Below are positions 33,337 to 43,553 of a DNA stretch of 61,849 nucleotides, in pieces. Made by a program: the position numbers and the translations under genes. Numbering within the stretch: the first letter of the stretch is position 1; each line of letters begins with the position of its first letter. The notes beneath the pieces were generated by a model. That model was given only the letters and a program-made list of their open reading frames with translations. It searched no databases and was not told the DNA's origin. The stretch lies in NCBI GenBank assembly GCA_964200075.2, contig CAXNAA020000002.1, positions 1 through 61,849 on the forward strand. The letters run 5' to 3'. The stretch comes from Sphacelaria rigidula. Taxonomy: Eukaryota.

Positions 33337-33823
33337 TACACTCCGGAGCATCGATACAGCTGCCTTCCTTTCGTTAAAGTGTTTCGTGAGCTCAAAGTCT
33401 ACGCATGCATTTACTCTTCACATCTACCATAGAAGAGAGCATGACAAGTGGCCTTTTCGCGGGACCCGACATGGGCTTATCGTTCGTTCTGGTCTTGTAA
33501 CCAGCGTCGATGAAGGAAGGATGCACGTGGACTTTGGAACCATCCACAGCAAAAACACGCGGGTCATGAGGCCCGCGGTGTAAAAACCGATTGACCTCTT
33601 TGAAAGCTCCCTGGGGAAGTTTCTTCGTGGCCAGGTGAACCGCCTGCGACGAGTATTGTTCATCGTCCATCCTCAAAATGTGATTAACGCCTCTTTCTTG
33701 AATACAGCACTTCGTGAGCGTATAGAAAAGCGAAGACGTGTTTATTTTACCGCGCCTTTGTATCCAGCGCTAGTCGCATTTTTTTAAAGCGTCGTAGATA
33801 TCGTGATGAGTCGAGTATGTCAT
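33337..33823 (-). pseudogene. IS4-family DDE transposase, N-terminal remnant
   Basis: YSSQAVHLATKKLP, RVFAVDGSKVHV (first catalytic Asp), MLSSMVDV, FNERKAAVSML; stop at 33770 and frameshift ~33410. Confidence 0.8.
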
Positions 33824-34107
33824 ATTTGCTTCAAGTATAGCAACATTTAACTTTCCAAGATGCTTAACTTTACAACAATGATCGCCATGGCACTCAACTT
33901 TCCAAGCGCATGTACAGGAGACAATTCCTACGCGCCGTGGTCCCCGAAACAATCGTACGTCTGCTGCCTTCGGATACGATTGCTGCTACATCGCACAGAC
34001 GGAGGTTGACGCCGGCGCTGGCTCGGAGGCGTGCCCGGTGGCGTGGCAGAAGGTAACGACATTTATTTGTCTTGAATAAAAAAAGTAAATATTTTAATTT
34101 CCGCTAG

Positions 34108-35253
34108 TCACTTCTTCAGCAAAGCATGAAGCCTCGTCGACTTTTTGACGTAGTTGGCGCGCTGTGGGTCGGAAACATAGTCGGAGTAGCTGCGGTAGGA
34201 ACGTTTTTCGAGAGGTGCCATACTTGCCCTGATCTCTTCGGTAATCACGGGCTGTGCGGCAGACGCTCGAGGTTCTATCCCACAGCAATTTTGGCCTGCG
34301 CGCATGTAGAAGAGGCCCTTGGAGGCTGGTGATTTTATCGGCCACGCACTACTCCAGCTGTTGCGAATAAACCACATATTTCCATCGAAGCTCTCCTCGA
34401 CACCATTCACTTCTTCCGAATAGCCAAATATGACGGCTGCGTGCCCACCGACATACTCGTCACCTTTTTCTGGCCCATTATAAATATGTAGACCGGAAAA
34501 GTTGTACATTGATTTATAGACAAAAATTATGCAGCATATACTGCCATGCAGATAGAGCTCAACTTTCATTCTCTGCATATTTTTTTCGATTACTTTTGAG
34601 TAGTCGACACTTCCTTCCTTGTATCGATAAGGGTCTTCGCACAGCGACTTGACCGACCTTCTTGCAACAAACGTCCTCGGACCCTGTTGCTTCCTAGAAT
34701 CACATGGAGCGATCTGCGTCGTCTTCTGTTGGGCATACGGGTAGCGAGAATCTGCGGACAAGCCATTTTTTTCGGCCCAGTGGAAACCAGCTTCTGGTGA
34801 TCCCCCCACCTCGCATCCCTTGTCGGTTCCCTTTGGGTTGAAACAGGTCAATAACTCTTGGTAAGAGAGTGGTCGCATAATCTTGCCGCCAGTCAAAAGC
34901 GAGATCCGGTCGCTGATTACTTGGCAGATGGATATCGCCCAACAAGACGCACAAATTTCTTGATTTACGACTGGGGAAATTAGATGTTCTTTATATTTCA
35001 AGTATTTTGGCAGCTTCTTCGATATATCAGGCAAATTTGCCAAACCGATACCAATGGGGTAAGCGGGATCGATAGCCGCCGCCTGCTTCACGAACACTCT
35101 GTACGATTTCTTGGGCCCCGGCTTCTGCATGCCCTCCGGCAAACTGGTGTTCTCCAACACTGCAATCTCATTTCGGGAATCGACGAGATAGATGATGATG
35201 AGCAATGCGACGAAAACGAACGCCAACGTCCGACGACTACGAATGATGGCCAT
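34108..35253 (-). CDS. Papain-family (C1A) cysteine protease with N-terminal membrane anchor
   Basis: NQEICASCWAIS, GCEVGG, YPY, GGHAAVIFGY, IRNSWS; all catalytic residues present. Confidence 0.92.
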   Translation of the reverse strand: MAIIRSRRTLAFVFVALLIIIYLVDSRNEIAVLENTSLPEGMQKPGPKKSYRVFVKQAAAIDPAYPIGIGLANLPDISKKLPKYLKYKEHLISPVVNQEICASCWAISICQVISDRISLLTGGKIMRPLSYQELLTCFNPKGTDKGCEVGGSPEAGFHWAEKNGLSADSRYPYAQQKTTQIAPCDSRKQQGPRTFVARRSVKSLCEDPYRYKEGSVDYSKVIEKNMQRMKVELYLHGSICCIIFVYKSMYNFSGLHIYNGPEKGDEYVGGHAAVIFGYSEEVNGVEESFDGNMWFIRNSWSSAWPIKSPASKGLFYMRAGQNCCGIEPRASAAQPVITEEIRASMAPLEKRSYRSYSDYVSDPQRANYVKKSTRLHALLKK

Positions 35254-35288
35254 GACTCTCCCTACCCCACCGCAACAAAATTTAACAT

Positions 35289-36704
35289 TTAAAGAGACAT
35301 TTCAGAGACGTTGTACTTGTCCACCAAATGCTTCATCATGTGAGCCGGGATCGGTTGGCACGACCTGGCTTCGAGCACGATATCGTGCGAGATCTTGCCC
35401 ATCTTGGTCTTCTTGACGACGTAGTCCACCGTCTCAGTGTTTCCGCCGCAGATGGCGAGGACGATAATGTCTCGGTTGAACGTGTACCTCTTCTGGTTGG
35501 AGAAGAATGCGGGAACTCCAAAGTAGGCGGCGAGCAGAGGCTTGGCCACATGGAATCCTCTGGAGATGCGGATTTCTTCGTTCTTGAACTCGGCCACGAG
35601 CTTGTCGTACGCTTCAATGTTGCCGCCTCGGATAAGGTTCATGGCGATGAACTCGGGCGTAAAGAACTTGAGTAGCTCGTCGATGTTGGCCTGGGCGCCG
35701 GCCGCGAAGGCTTGCAACGTTTTGTCGAGATAGGTCATGGCGTTGAAGACGGACTTGCTGTTGCCACTGGCGAGCGCATCGATGTAGAGGTCCGAAATGA
35801 TGTTGTACTTGTTGTTGGTGTCGATGACGACCTTGTGGATCTCCTTGTTGCCGGTGGCGAAGGCTTTCTGTGCGATCTGGTGCAGATACGTGAGCGCGAT
35901 TGGCAACGGCGTTCTCGCCAAAATCCTGTGGAAGTTCTTCTTGTTGTTGGTGTTTAGGACGTCGGCGATGACATTGTACATGTACTCTGCCGGAGATACC
36001 ATGGACGACGGGATGCGCGCGGAAGCGACGTTGGTCATTGCAGGTTTTTCCATTTCTCTGGTCATCTCATCGGCGGTGGTATCGGTCCGGGCTTCAGCGT
36101 CGGCTGTGCCATGGACTTCAGCCGTGACCGCGGCTTCGGTTGCAGCTTTATCTTTGACTTTGGTCTTGGTGGCCTTGGACCTGGCCTTCGAGGTAGCCTT
36201 GGACGGCTCCTTCGTGATGGATTTGGATTTAGATTTAGATTTGGATTTGGATTTGGATTCGGACGACGAGTCAGTCTTGACCTCCGACCTGGATTTTTGT
36301 GGTGACTCAAACGTAACCCTGTCCTTGTCGGCAGCTGTGGAACCGGCCTCCGACTCCGTGTCAAACTCTGACTCCGAAGATGATAGGAGTTCGCTCAAGG
36401 ATGAGAAAGATTCCGCATCATCGTCGTCGTCATCGTCGTCGTCGTCGTCATCGTCGTCATCGTCATCGTCGTTATCAGACCCATCGTTGTCATTCGAATG
36501 CCTTCGCTGACTCTGCTTGTCTTGAACCTGTTTCTTCCTCGCCTGAAGGATTTGCTGCTGGTGTTGCTCATACATCATCTGCTGTTGTTGCATCCTTTGT
36601 TGCTGCATCCGCTGCCTCTGCTGCATCATTTGCATTTGTTGATGCTGCTGCATCTGCATCTGGTGCTGTTGAGGGTACATGTATGCGGCCTGGTTGTTGT
36701 ACAT
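35289..36704 (-). CDS. Low-complexity protein (Q/M-rich, poly-D, (SK)n) with helical ankyrin-like C-terminus
   Basis: 471-aa intact ORF; LIRGGNIEAY and AICGGNTETVDYV repeats. Confidence 0.75.
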   Translation of the reverse strand: MYNNQAAYMYPQQHQMQMQQHQQMQMMQQRQRMQQQRMQQQQMMYEQHQQQILQARKKQVQDKQSQRRHSNDNDGSDNDDDDDDDDDDDDDDDDDDAESFSSLSELLSSSESEFDTESEAGSTAADKDRVTFESPQKSRSEVKTDSSSESKSKSKSKSKSKSITKEPSKATSKARSKATKTKVKDKAATEAAVTAEVHGTADAEARTDTTADEMTREMEKPAMTNVASARIPSSMVSPAEYMYNVIADVLNTNNKKNFHRILARTPLPIALTYLHQIAQKAFATGNKEIHKVVIDTNNKYNIISDLYIDALASGNSKSVFNAMTYLDKTLQAFAAGAQANIDELLKFFTPEFIAMNLIRGGNIEAYDKLVAEFKNEEIRISRGFHVAKPLLAAYFGVPAFFSNQKRYTFNRDIIVLAICGGNTETVDYVVKKTKMGKISHDIVLEARSCQPIPAHMMKHLVDKYNVSEMSL

Positions 36705-36778
36705 GATGACGAGCCCGTCTGATCTGGTGTTGTCTACTACACACTTTTTTGTATTAGGTCTGAACGCACACTTGTTGG

Positions 36779-37030
36779 TTAAATCTTTTCTACCTTTCTG
36801 GGCTCAATCTTTTCCATGACTTTCAATATTTTCCCGGCCGGACAGCGATGGTCGTCCTTGAACCTGTGTTTCATACATAGCAAAAGTACACACGAGCACA
36901 GTTTTCCCTCGTGTATCTTGAGTCTCGTTTTGCAAACGTGGCACCGCCGTGTGGTTGTCTTGGTGACCCAGGTCGCCGTCATCCTAGATTGTGGCGATGT
37001 TGTCTTGCTCACAGTTGACATTTTAATCAT
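36779..37030 (-). CDS. AN1-type zinc finger protein
   Basis: RCHVCKTRL..CSC...CMKHRFKDDHRC...KVEKI. Confidence 0.8.
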   Translation of the reverse strand: MIKMSTVSKTTSPQSRMTATWVTKTTTRRCHVCKTRLKIHEGKLCSCVLLLCMKHRFKDDHRCPAGKILKVMEKIEPRKVEKI

Positions 37031-37075
37031 AAAAAAGATGTTGTCAAACAGGGTATTAAATGGGAAAAAAAATAT

Positions 37076-37957
37076 ATGTCTATGGTAACAAGAATTCGAA
37101 CCAATTTTTCCAAGACGATGTCGCATGTTACACTCGGCGAGCGCGTTTACGTTAAGGGTACGGATATGTTCGGAGATGTGACGCGGACGACGGTTTTGGG
37201 GGTGGACGCCGTGAGTCTCGTGGACGACGAGGGCACCGCGAAAGCATTCTTCGGGACGACTGCCAAAACGGTGCTTGTCCCGAAAACCACAGGAGTGGAT
37301 GGAACAGTTGCACAGGTTACAGTGCCGGTGGACGTTAAGGAAGAAGGCATCGAGGTTCCCACGGCCATGAATATCCCACCTGAGGAACAGCATCTCAGGT
37401 TCGTGAAGTTCATGGGGATGTTTGACCAACAGACACGTCGAGCGTACATGGAAGACTGGGTCACCAAGAAAGACGACGCTGACCAGAGAGCGGCATTCGT
37501 CCAAGGTCTGATGCATGAACTAGATGACGACATGGAGTTCATCACGGTGGTCGGCAACCAAGCACTCGCAGCCGTGGAGCCAGAGGTGAGGCAGTACATG
37601 TTTCAACGCATGCTCACGACGTTGAGCAAGGAGGAGCGCGAGAGCCTCATTCTCGATTGGATACAGGTGAAGAATTACCCTCTGAAGAAAGAGGATTTCC
37701 TTCAGAGCAAGTATGAGCTTCTGATGGACGACGACGACTACATCGCAATGGAAGGCAAGAAAGCATTCACTAAACTCCGAATCCTGGCCGATGAACAAAC
37801 TGAGATCTTTACACAGTTTATGGCCAACGTCAGCGCAGAAGACCGTGCAAGCTACGTTGTCGAATACAGGAAGGTGCGGGCTATCGCTTCGGAGAAGAAG
37901 AGACTGTTGGAACACTTGATCAAACTTGCAGGATCTGTGCCCGAGCCAACTCCCTAG
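37076..37957 (+). CDS. Hypothetical viral protein with three internal helical repeats
   Basis: RRAYMEDW, RESLILDW and RASYVVEY repeats, two followed by ELxxDDD. Confidence 0.7.
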   Translation: MSMVTRIRTNFSKTMSHVTLGERVYVKGTDMFGDVTRTTVLGVDAVSLVDDEGTAKAFFGTTAKTVLVPKTTGVDGTVAQVTVPVDVKEEGIEVPTAMNIPPEEQHLRFVKFMGMFDQQTRRAYMEDWVTKKDDADQRAAFVQGLMHELDDDMEFITVVGNQALAAVEPEVRQYMFQRMLTTLSKEERESLILDWIQVKNYPLKKEDFLQSKYELLMDDDDYIAMEGKKAFTKLRILADEQTEIFTQFMANVSAEDRASYVVEYRKVRAIASEKKRLLEHLIKLAGSVPEPTP

Positions 37958-38913
37958 GCCTTTATTTCCGCTTTTGTCACGTACGACTTAGAGTTGGCAT
38001 CGTAAAACTCAAAAACGAGGTGTTGTGAAGAAGAGTCGAAATCGATTTTCCACCCCGTTTCACCTAGGTATACTGCCGCGTCTGTGTTTTTTAGGTGTAG
38101 GCCTTGTTGGTCGAGCAGGACGTCGGGACCAAGCGATAGGCCGGACTCGACGGCTAGACTGATGTCGTCCCCGATCGTAAACCCCGACTTGTCAACGACG
38201 ACTGAATCAACGTCAGGTTCATCGGGGTTACCGATTACGAAGCCACCAAGTGGCGTAATGGAAATGTCTTCAATTTGCAAACCTCCCGTTTCTAAAGAGA
38301 CATCCTCCGAGAGTCTTAGGCTTCCGGATGTAAGGGAAACGTCGCCGATGGTGAGACCCGTGCCGTTCAAGACAGTTTGAGTATCGTCAACGCTGAATGC
38401 GGCCGCGGCGTCAAGATTGATCCCAGTGTTCGAATCCCATTTATCTCCGACGTAGTCGTAGAGCAGGGTCTTCGTTCCCGAGTCGGTCGTTCCCAGGATG
38501 ATACCCCCTTTGTCCAAATGTTCGAGAGACGTGGCACCACTAGCCAATAAGTCTTCCACGACGACCGAAGTGGTTTCGAAGGACGTGTGTCCACCCTTGA
38601 CATTGAGAGAACCTTCGATGGTCGTGCCTTCCTCTCCGATTGTGAGGATGGGTACCGAAACACCGTCTGAGTTGTAAATATGCAACTCCAGTGCTCCTCT
38701 GCTCGTGTTGGGACCACTCTCCACGACACGGAAGGAGGCCAACGAAAAAACTCTTCCCTCTTGGCTGATTCCGTAAAAGTCATGATCGAGTGTAACGGCA
38801 TCTATCCCGTTTGACTGACCGACTTGTTTAATGTTTTGCACGATTTGATCTCCTGAAATAGAGGTTGGGTATCGCGATAGGTCTGTGACGTAGGAAGCTG
38901 ACATGGAAACCAC
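37954..38913 (-). CDS. Beta-rich virion fibre/adhesin-like protein, paralogue of 51375-53027
   Basis: GSLNVKG.HTSFETTSVVVED..ATSLEHLDKGGIILGT..LLYD....WDS shared with the paralogue. Confidence 0.65.
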   Translation of the reverse strand: MVSMSASYVTDLSRYPTSISGDQIVQNIKQVGQSNGIDAVTLDHDFYGISQEGRVFSLASFRVVESGPNTSRGALELHIYNSDGVSVPILTIGEEGTTIEGSLNVKGGHTSFETTSVVVEDLLASGATSLEHLDKGGIILGTTDSGTKTLLYDYVGDKWDSNTGINLDAAAAFSVDDTQTVLNGTGLTIGDVSLTSGSLRLSEDVSLETGGLQIEDISITPLGGFVIGNPDEPDVDSVVVDKSGFTIGDDISLAVESGLSLGPDVLLDQQGLHLKNTDAAVYLGETGWKIDFDSSSQHLVFEFYDANSKSYVTKAEIKA

Positions 38914-39010
38914 ACGTAATACTTTTTACTATTGATATCTGTAGCCAATATTTAATTACTGATTTTCCGTGGGTTTGACATTCAGTGGGTTTTTCGCTTG
39001 GCTTTTATAA

Positions 39011-39015
<5 letters not shown>

Positions 39016-39060
<45 letters not shown>
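39016..39060. repeat. (CT)n microsatellite
   Basis: Perfect CT dinucleotide run of about 22 units. Confidence 0.95.
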
Positions 39061-39063
<3 letters not shown>

Positions 39064-39067
39064 CTTT

Positions 39068-40546
39068 CTAAGCAAGTTGGTCCAGAACGCTCCTCAGATA
39101 CTCATCAGTTGATCGGTGCTCTTGCATAAACTGGTCGACCTCGCCCTTCCTGTTCCACGCGTGCAGAATAGAGGAAATCTTCTGCATGTCGATGACAAAG
39201 TTCCTCCAAACCCCCTCTCCTCTCTTCTTGAAAATAATAAAGATTTTTGTCGTACAATACTCCGCAAAGGCGTCCATGGCCACGTAGGAGATTTTCAGGC
39301 CCGTGTAGATGTCGTTGCAGAAGGAGGGCATCGTCGCCGCAACGATCCTAAACACTCCTCTGACGGACTCCTGTGCGAAGAAGCCGACGCGCTCGGGCAG
39401 CTGCTCGCCTTCCGCTAGAAATTGGTGGTTGTTGTACCTGGTGAAAATGTCTGCGATTCGAGGGTCGAGCCACAAAACGATGAGCTCTCTCGTCTGGGGA
39501 CCGATGTGTCGAAAGCTGTGGAGCGTTTGCGCAAGATTCTCTATCCCGATCGATCGTGCGAGCGCGTCCACGATAGCCTTGGTTCCCTTTGTGCAGCCGG
39601 CATCTCCTTTGACGAGGTACTTGGGGTATATTTGTCGAATAAGTGGCGGTGAAGCAGACGACCTGAGCTCGACAAACATTTCGAAAATTCTTGCCCGCAT
39701 AACCGGCACCCATGGCACAGCTGACTCGAAGTCATAACCGTACACCACCTCATCGGCCGTAGTTTTCGAAGGAACGGGCAGAGTCACGGCGAAAACCTTG
39801 TTGCCCTTAGCGGCTTCCACGAACATCCTGAACTCCGATGGTATGGATACAGCGCAGTTTAATGGTAGCTGGATGTCCATGATTCTTTTAATGCTGGGAA
39901 ATCTGATCACCTTGTCCATATTGGCGAGATGTTTGTGGAAGTCGTTCATGTAATATCTGTAGACCATGTGTATGTAGAATCGAGGGTTGTCTTGTGGATA
40001 CACTGCGAGCTTGTGTAGCTTGCAGACGACCCTCTTGTAGTCCGGATCCGTGTAGATGGACGCCATGTCGTCAGCATCGCTCACGAACACTCCCAGAGAA
40101 TCCGGCCTCCCGCACACTTTTGTAGCCTTGTCGTTCACCCTTACACGCATTACTTTCTTCGCGCTCGACAGCTTTTTGCGACTGTTGGCCATCGACCAGT
40201 TCTCTATCTTTTTTGACATTGCTTTGTAGACTCCCGGTCTTCGTTCGAAGTCGTCGAAGGTCGGCGATGGCGACAACTCCCAGCTCGGAGAGTAACCCAT
40301 TGCTGCTGCGTAGTATGCCATTGCATGAATTAACTCCGACATTGTCACAATGTCTCCTTTTTTGCCCACGAAGTCGTCGTCTGCCAGCTTTGTACTCTGT
40401 AATGTTTCTGCAATGAGTGAAGAGATCCACGGGCCCATGTTCATGTCCGAAACATTTTTGGTAATCTCGCGCGGAGAAACCCGTTCTCGGCAAGACGTTG
40501 TGCCGCCACGAGACGAGAGCTCCATCTCTTTTGTCACTGGATACAT
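39068..40546 (-). CDS. Hypothetical viral protein
   Basis: 492-aa intact ORF; no motif recognised. Confidence 0.75.
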   Translation of the reverse strand: MYPVTKEMELSSRGGTTSCRERVSPREITKNVSDMNMGPWISSLIAETLQSTKLADDDFVGKKGDIVTMSELIHAMAYYAAAMGYSPSWELSPSPTFDDFERRPGVYKAMSKKIENWSMANSRKKLSSAKKVMRVRVNDKATKVCGRPDSLGVFVSDADDMASIYTDPDYKRVVCKLHKLAVYPQDNPRFYIHMVYRYYMNDFHKHLANMDKVIRFPSIKRIMDIQLPLNCAVSIPSEFRMFVEAAKGNKVFAVTLPVPSKTTADEVVYGYDFESAVPWVPVMRARIFEMFVELRSSASPPLIRQIYPKYLVKGDAGCTKGTKAIVDALARSIGIENLAQTLHSFRHIGPQTRELIVLWLDPRIADIFTRYNNHQFLAEGEQLPERVGFFAQESVRGVFRIVAATMPSFCNDIYTGLKISYVAMDAFAEYCTTKIFIIFKKRGEGVWRNFVIDMQKISSILHAWNRKGEVDQFMQEHRSTDEYLRSVLDQLA

Positions 40547-40677
40547 TTTATTATCGCGACACTATTTCGCGGAAATATTAAAAATCCTTCTTTATCCTTT
40601 GAAAATCGCTTGTGGTCTATTGTTTTGTGCAAATTGCGAAATATTATGTTTACGTGGAGTAGTTTCAAATCTACAAA

Positions 40678-41133
40678 ATGGCTCCTGTGAAGCGAACGCG
40701 TTCGGCAACCAAGAAGAAGAGATCTAATGGTAAAAGCAAGTCCTACATCGTACTCAGAAAATCTACGATTGACCCGAAGAAGAAGGTGTCGAGCCAGGGA
40801 AAGTCCGCCACCACGACCAAATCTGGAGCTTATTTGGCAGCGAGGATCGCATTGCGCAAGACCAAGCGACCTACTCGTACCTTCCTATACCGCAAGAAGA
40901 AAATCATAACCTATGTGATCAAGTACACGAAGAAGGACGGTAAGACCAAAGCCACTGCCAAGCTGTCGAAGACGAAGACGGTGAAACGTAAAAAGACCAC
41001 CTAGCGCAAGAAGAGCACCACGAAGAAGAGGAAGGTCAAAAAGAGGAAGACCTCCGTGAGCAAGACTACTGAGATCGCGCAGCTCAAGAGGAAGTTGCTT
41101 AGGCTGACTAGAAGCAGGCGACGGACTGTGTAA
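40678..41133 (+). pseudogene. Highly basic DNA-binding/condensing protein (possibly MC1-like) with an in-frame stop
   Basis: Very K/R/T-rich; core SYIVL..G.....AYLAARIALRK...FLYR..KIITY. TAG at 41002, frame continues to 41133. Confidence 0.55.
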
Positions 41134-41182
41134 AATGTATCGTACAAATAAAAAAATGTTGACAAGATTAAACAAGACGTAG

Positions 41183-43156
41183 ATGGAAATCCTAATATTG
41201 TCTGCATGCGGCCTCGTCGCGAATCAGTACATGAGGATGAAGAGTTCGTCGATCGTAGCCCCACCGAGCATTGCCGTCGTCGGTGAAGAAGTAGTTCAAG
41301 AACCAGAAGACATTCGACAACATCATCAACAACAACAACAACAACAATAACAAGCTATTGGTTCCTCCGACGACACGGCACCACCACCACGCCATGTCTG
41401 CACCTCCTCGTCTCCGGCACCGATACCCCTGGGTGTTCGAACTCTTAAGACAGACAACACCGGTGATGTCGGGTACGATGATTCCAGGTACAGCGAGCAG
41501 TTCAGCCACCCGCAGGACCCTAACCCGAACGTCAGTGAGAAACCGTGGATGAGAATGGCCAACGCTCCTTACAAGCCGAAGGAGGAGATCGTTTCGGAGA
41601 TTCCCGGACCTCAAGACGTCTTCGGGCGCAACATGAACTCTCGTGTGAAGAAAATGGAGTCAGACTTTGCAGCGAGCACCGTTCCCGTGACCAGCGAGAA
41701 GCAGTTCGATCGACCAGTGGAGCAGATATCCACTGGAAACGGATCGGCAATTGGATTCCACATAGGGGCTGGCAGGCGATACCACAAATTTATATTGAAC
41801 GATCAGCCGACCATCGAATCGGACGGAGGTCCAAGGGGAGCTTTCTCCGGCGCGGGAGGTTCTCATGTGAAGGGAGACTACAGAACCGTGACTCAGCGGT
41901 CATCTCTGAAGCACGAGTCCGTCGGGCCTCCGATCGCAGTGGGTGTTCCACAATCCTCCGCCCCTGTTCCTTCGTTCGAGATCACGCCTGCTCATCTTGA
42001 AACATACAGGCTAGATGATCACATGGCAAAGAGCAGCAGGACCCCAGTACAAGCCTCGGCGTCGACGGAAAATGTATCGTTTAGAGGCGCTCACGATGAA
42101 AATTTTGACGTCCTTCACACATCTCTCGTCACTGGAGGAGAAAGGTTCGCCACCGGAACATCGGGGAACCGACACACCAAAATCCATGTGCCGCTGAACA
42201 ACGACCCTCTCGAGACATACGACCAGCGCGTGGTTCCCAACTTCAAGATCGCCAAAGCTTCAGACTATCAGGAGCAGCAGATTATAGCCAGGCAGATGAT
42301 AATCCCAGAGATGTCGCAGAACGTGTCGGCCCTCCGCAAGGACCGAAAGCCTCCCGTCTCCGGGTCGACGACCCACAAAAAGAGTAGCTTGGCCATCTTG
42401 ACGGATGGCGTCAAGTCTGGAGCGGGAGCGAGGGGTTCAAGCTACTTGCCCGTGAAGGTTGACACGGACTCCTTCCGCGTGCCCGCCGACAGAACAGGCG
42501 TTGTCGCCGAGACGGCAGCTCTCGTGTCGTCCGGTGCTTCGGCTGCACACGCCGTTGGAAATTCGGCCAATTCTTCGTCTATCTTCCGCACGACACAGAG
42601 CATGTCCGAATTGGTGGGCACGCCGTTAATCCGCGGCACCGGCACTAGGCACGCGAGCAATCTCGAATCTCTCCACGAGGCCACCGACACTCACTTGTCT
42701 GAAATGGAGCGTTCGGGAATCTTACGGGGTCTTAACAAAGTTTCTACATCGAGCGCCCATTCTTCTGTACCCAAGGAGAAATCGCAACAGACACAGGAAA
42801 GAGGCGACATCTTCAAGAAAACAGAGCGCGATCCTGTGTTGGTCGCACCGGGGTTGCTGGGTACAAACCGCTCCGGAGCCGCCAATCGCGACGCCGAAGG
42901 CATGATATCTCGCAGAGGTTTGGACGACGAGGGTGGAGTCAACGTTGTGCGCGCGGGCAAGACGAACAACGTTCGGTTTTCCTTGGACAAAACACAATCG
43001 TCGGGTCCGAGCAAAGACTCGACCAAAAATCGCAAGCTTGGTGGCGTTCTGAACGCGAGAATGCGGTCTTCATCTGCGCTGAAAAAGCTCTTGAAAAACC
43101 CGTACTCTTTGCCAGCGGCGTCGAGGCTTTCTGCACTTTACTTTTGTTTGTTTTAA
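41183..43156 (+). pseudogene. Large disordered viral protein (DUF5899-like) with a stop inside a CAA repeat
   Basis: ATG 41183 is in frame with 41549-43156; TAA at 41348 within (CAA)n; YKPKEE..EQISTG.G..GFH motifs. Confidence 0.55.
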
Positions 43157-43181
43157 TTCAAGAGACATTGCTTGTAATAAA

Positions 43182-43553
43182 ATGGATCGGATGAACCAGC
43201 GTTCCGCAATGGCTTACTGGAAGTTGTCAACGATTGTCGTGGTCTTTGTCGGTGTCACGTCGTACCTGTCAGCAAAAGCTCACGAGAGCTCCAAGCTTCC
43301 GCGGGAACACATCCTGAAATATTCGGAGCTTCTGCGCGAGGCTGCCCGAGCGAGCATACAATCAACACAGGACCAACATCCAGTCCAGAGTTTTGTCGAC
43401 AGCTCCAAAGCCATGTGTGCGGTGAATATCGTTTCCGAGTTCCTCACTCCGCACCAGGTAAAGCACATCATGAACGTTGACATCGCGGAGATGAAAGAGT
43501 TTATTTCGAAACAGTACGACGACGCGACCAGCGCGCTCGTTGAGAGCCGGTGA
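43182..43553 (+). CDS. Hypothetical protein with N-terminal transmembrane helix
   Basis: 123 aa; LLREAARASIQSTQD.HP motif. Confidence 0.65.
   Translation: MDRMNQRSAMAYWKLSTIVVVFVGVTSYLSAKAHESSKLPREHILKYSELLREAARASIQSTQDQHPVQSFVDSSKAMCAVNIVSEFLTPHQVKHIMNVDIAEMKEFISKQYDDATSALVESR

Larger units (their letters stand above)
33041..33889 (-). mobile_element. Internally deleted IS4-transposase/Fanzor (TnpB) element
   Basis: Imperfect TIR CATGACGGTCGT (33041) vs reverse complement CATGGCGATCAT (ending 33889). Contains a transposase 5' part fused to a Fanzor 3' part. A further CATG at 33909-33912 may be an outer end. Confidence 0.8.

Noticed and set aside
33070-33351. Functional Cas12/TnpB nuclease or CRISPR system
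   Set aside because: Only the C-terminal ~88 aa remain (no RuvC-I/II), and no repeat-spacer array is visible anywhere in the window
33041-33912. CATG as a 4-bp target-site duplication
   Set aside because: Possible, but the inner CATG at 33886-33889 gives a better 12-bp TIR and matches the end of the second copy, so CATG is treated as terminal sequence
34108-35253. Host domestication of intact ORFs (protease, VLTF3, fibre, ankyrin)
   Set aside because: At roughly one lesion per 2 kb, many 1-1.5 kb ORFs survive by chance; no expression or dN/dS evidence is available
35797-36510. Long antisense ORFs (also 1955-2506, 26166-27014, 9983-10531)
   Set aside because: Shadows of real genes on the opposite strand; no independent motifs
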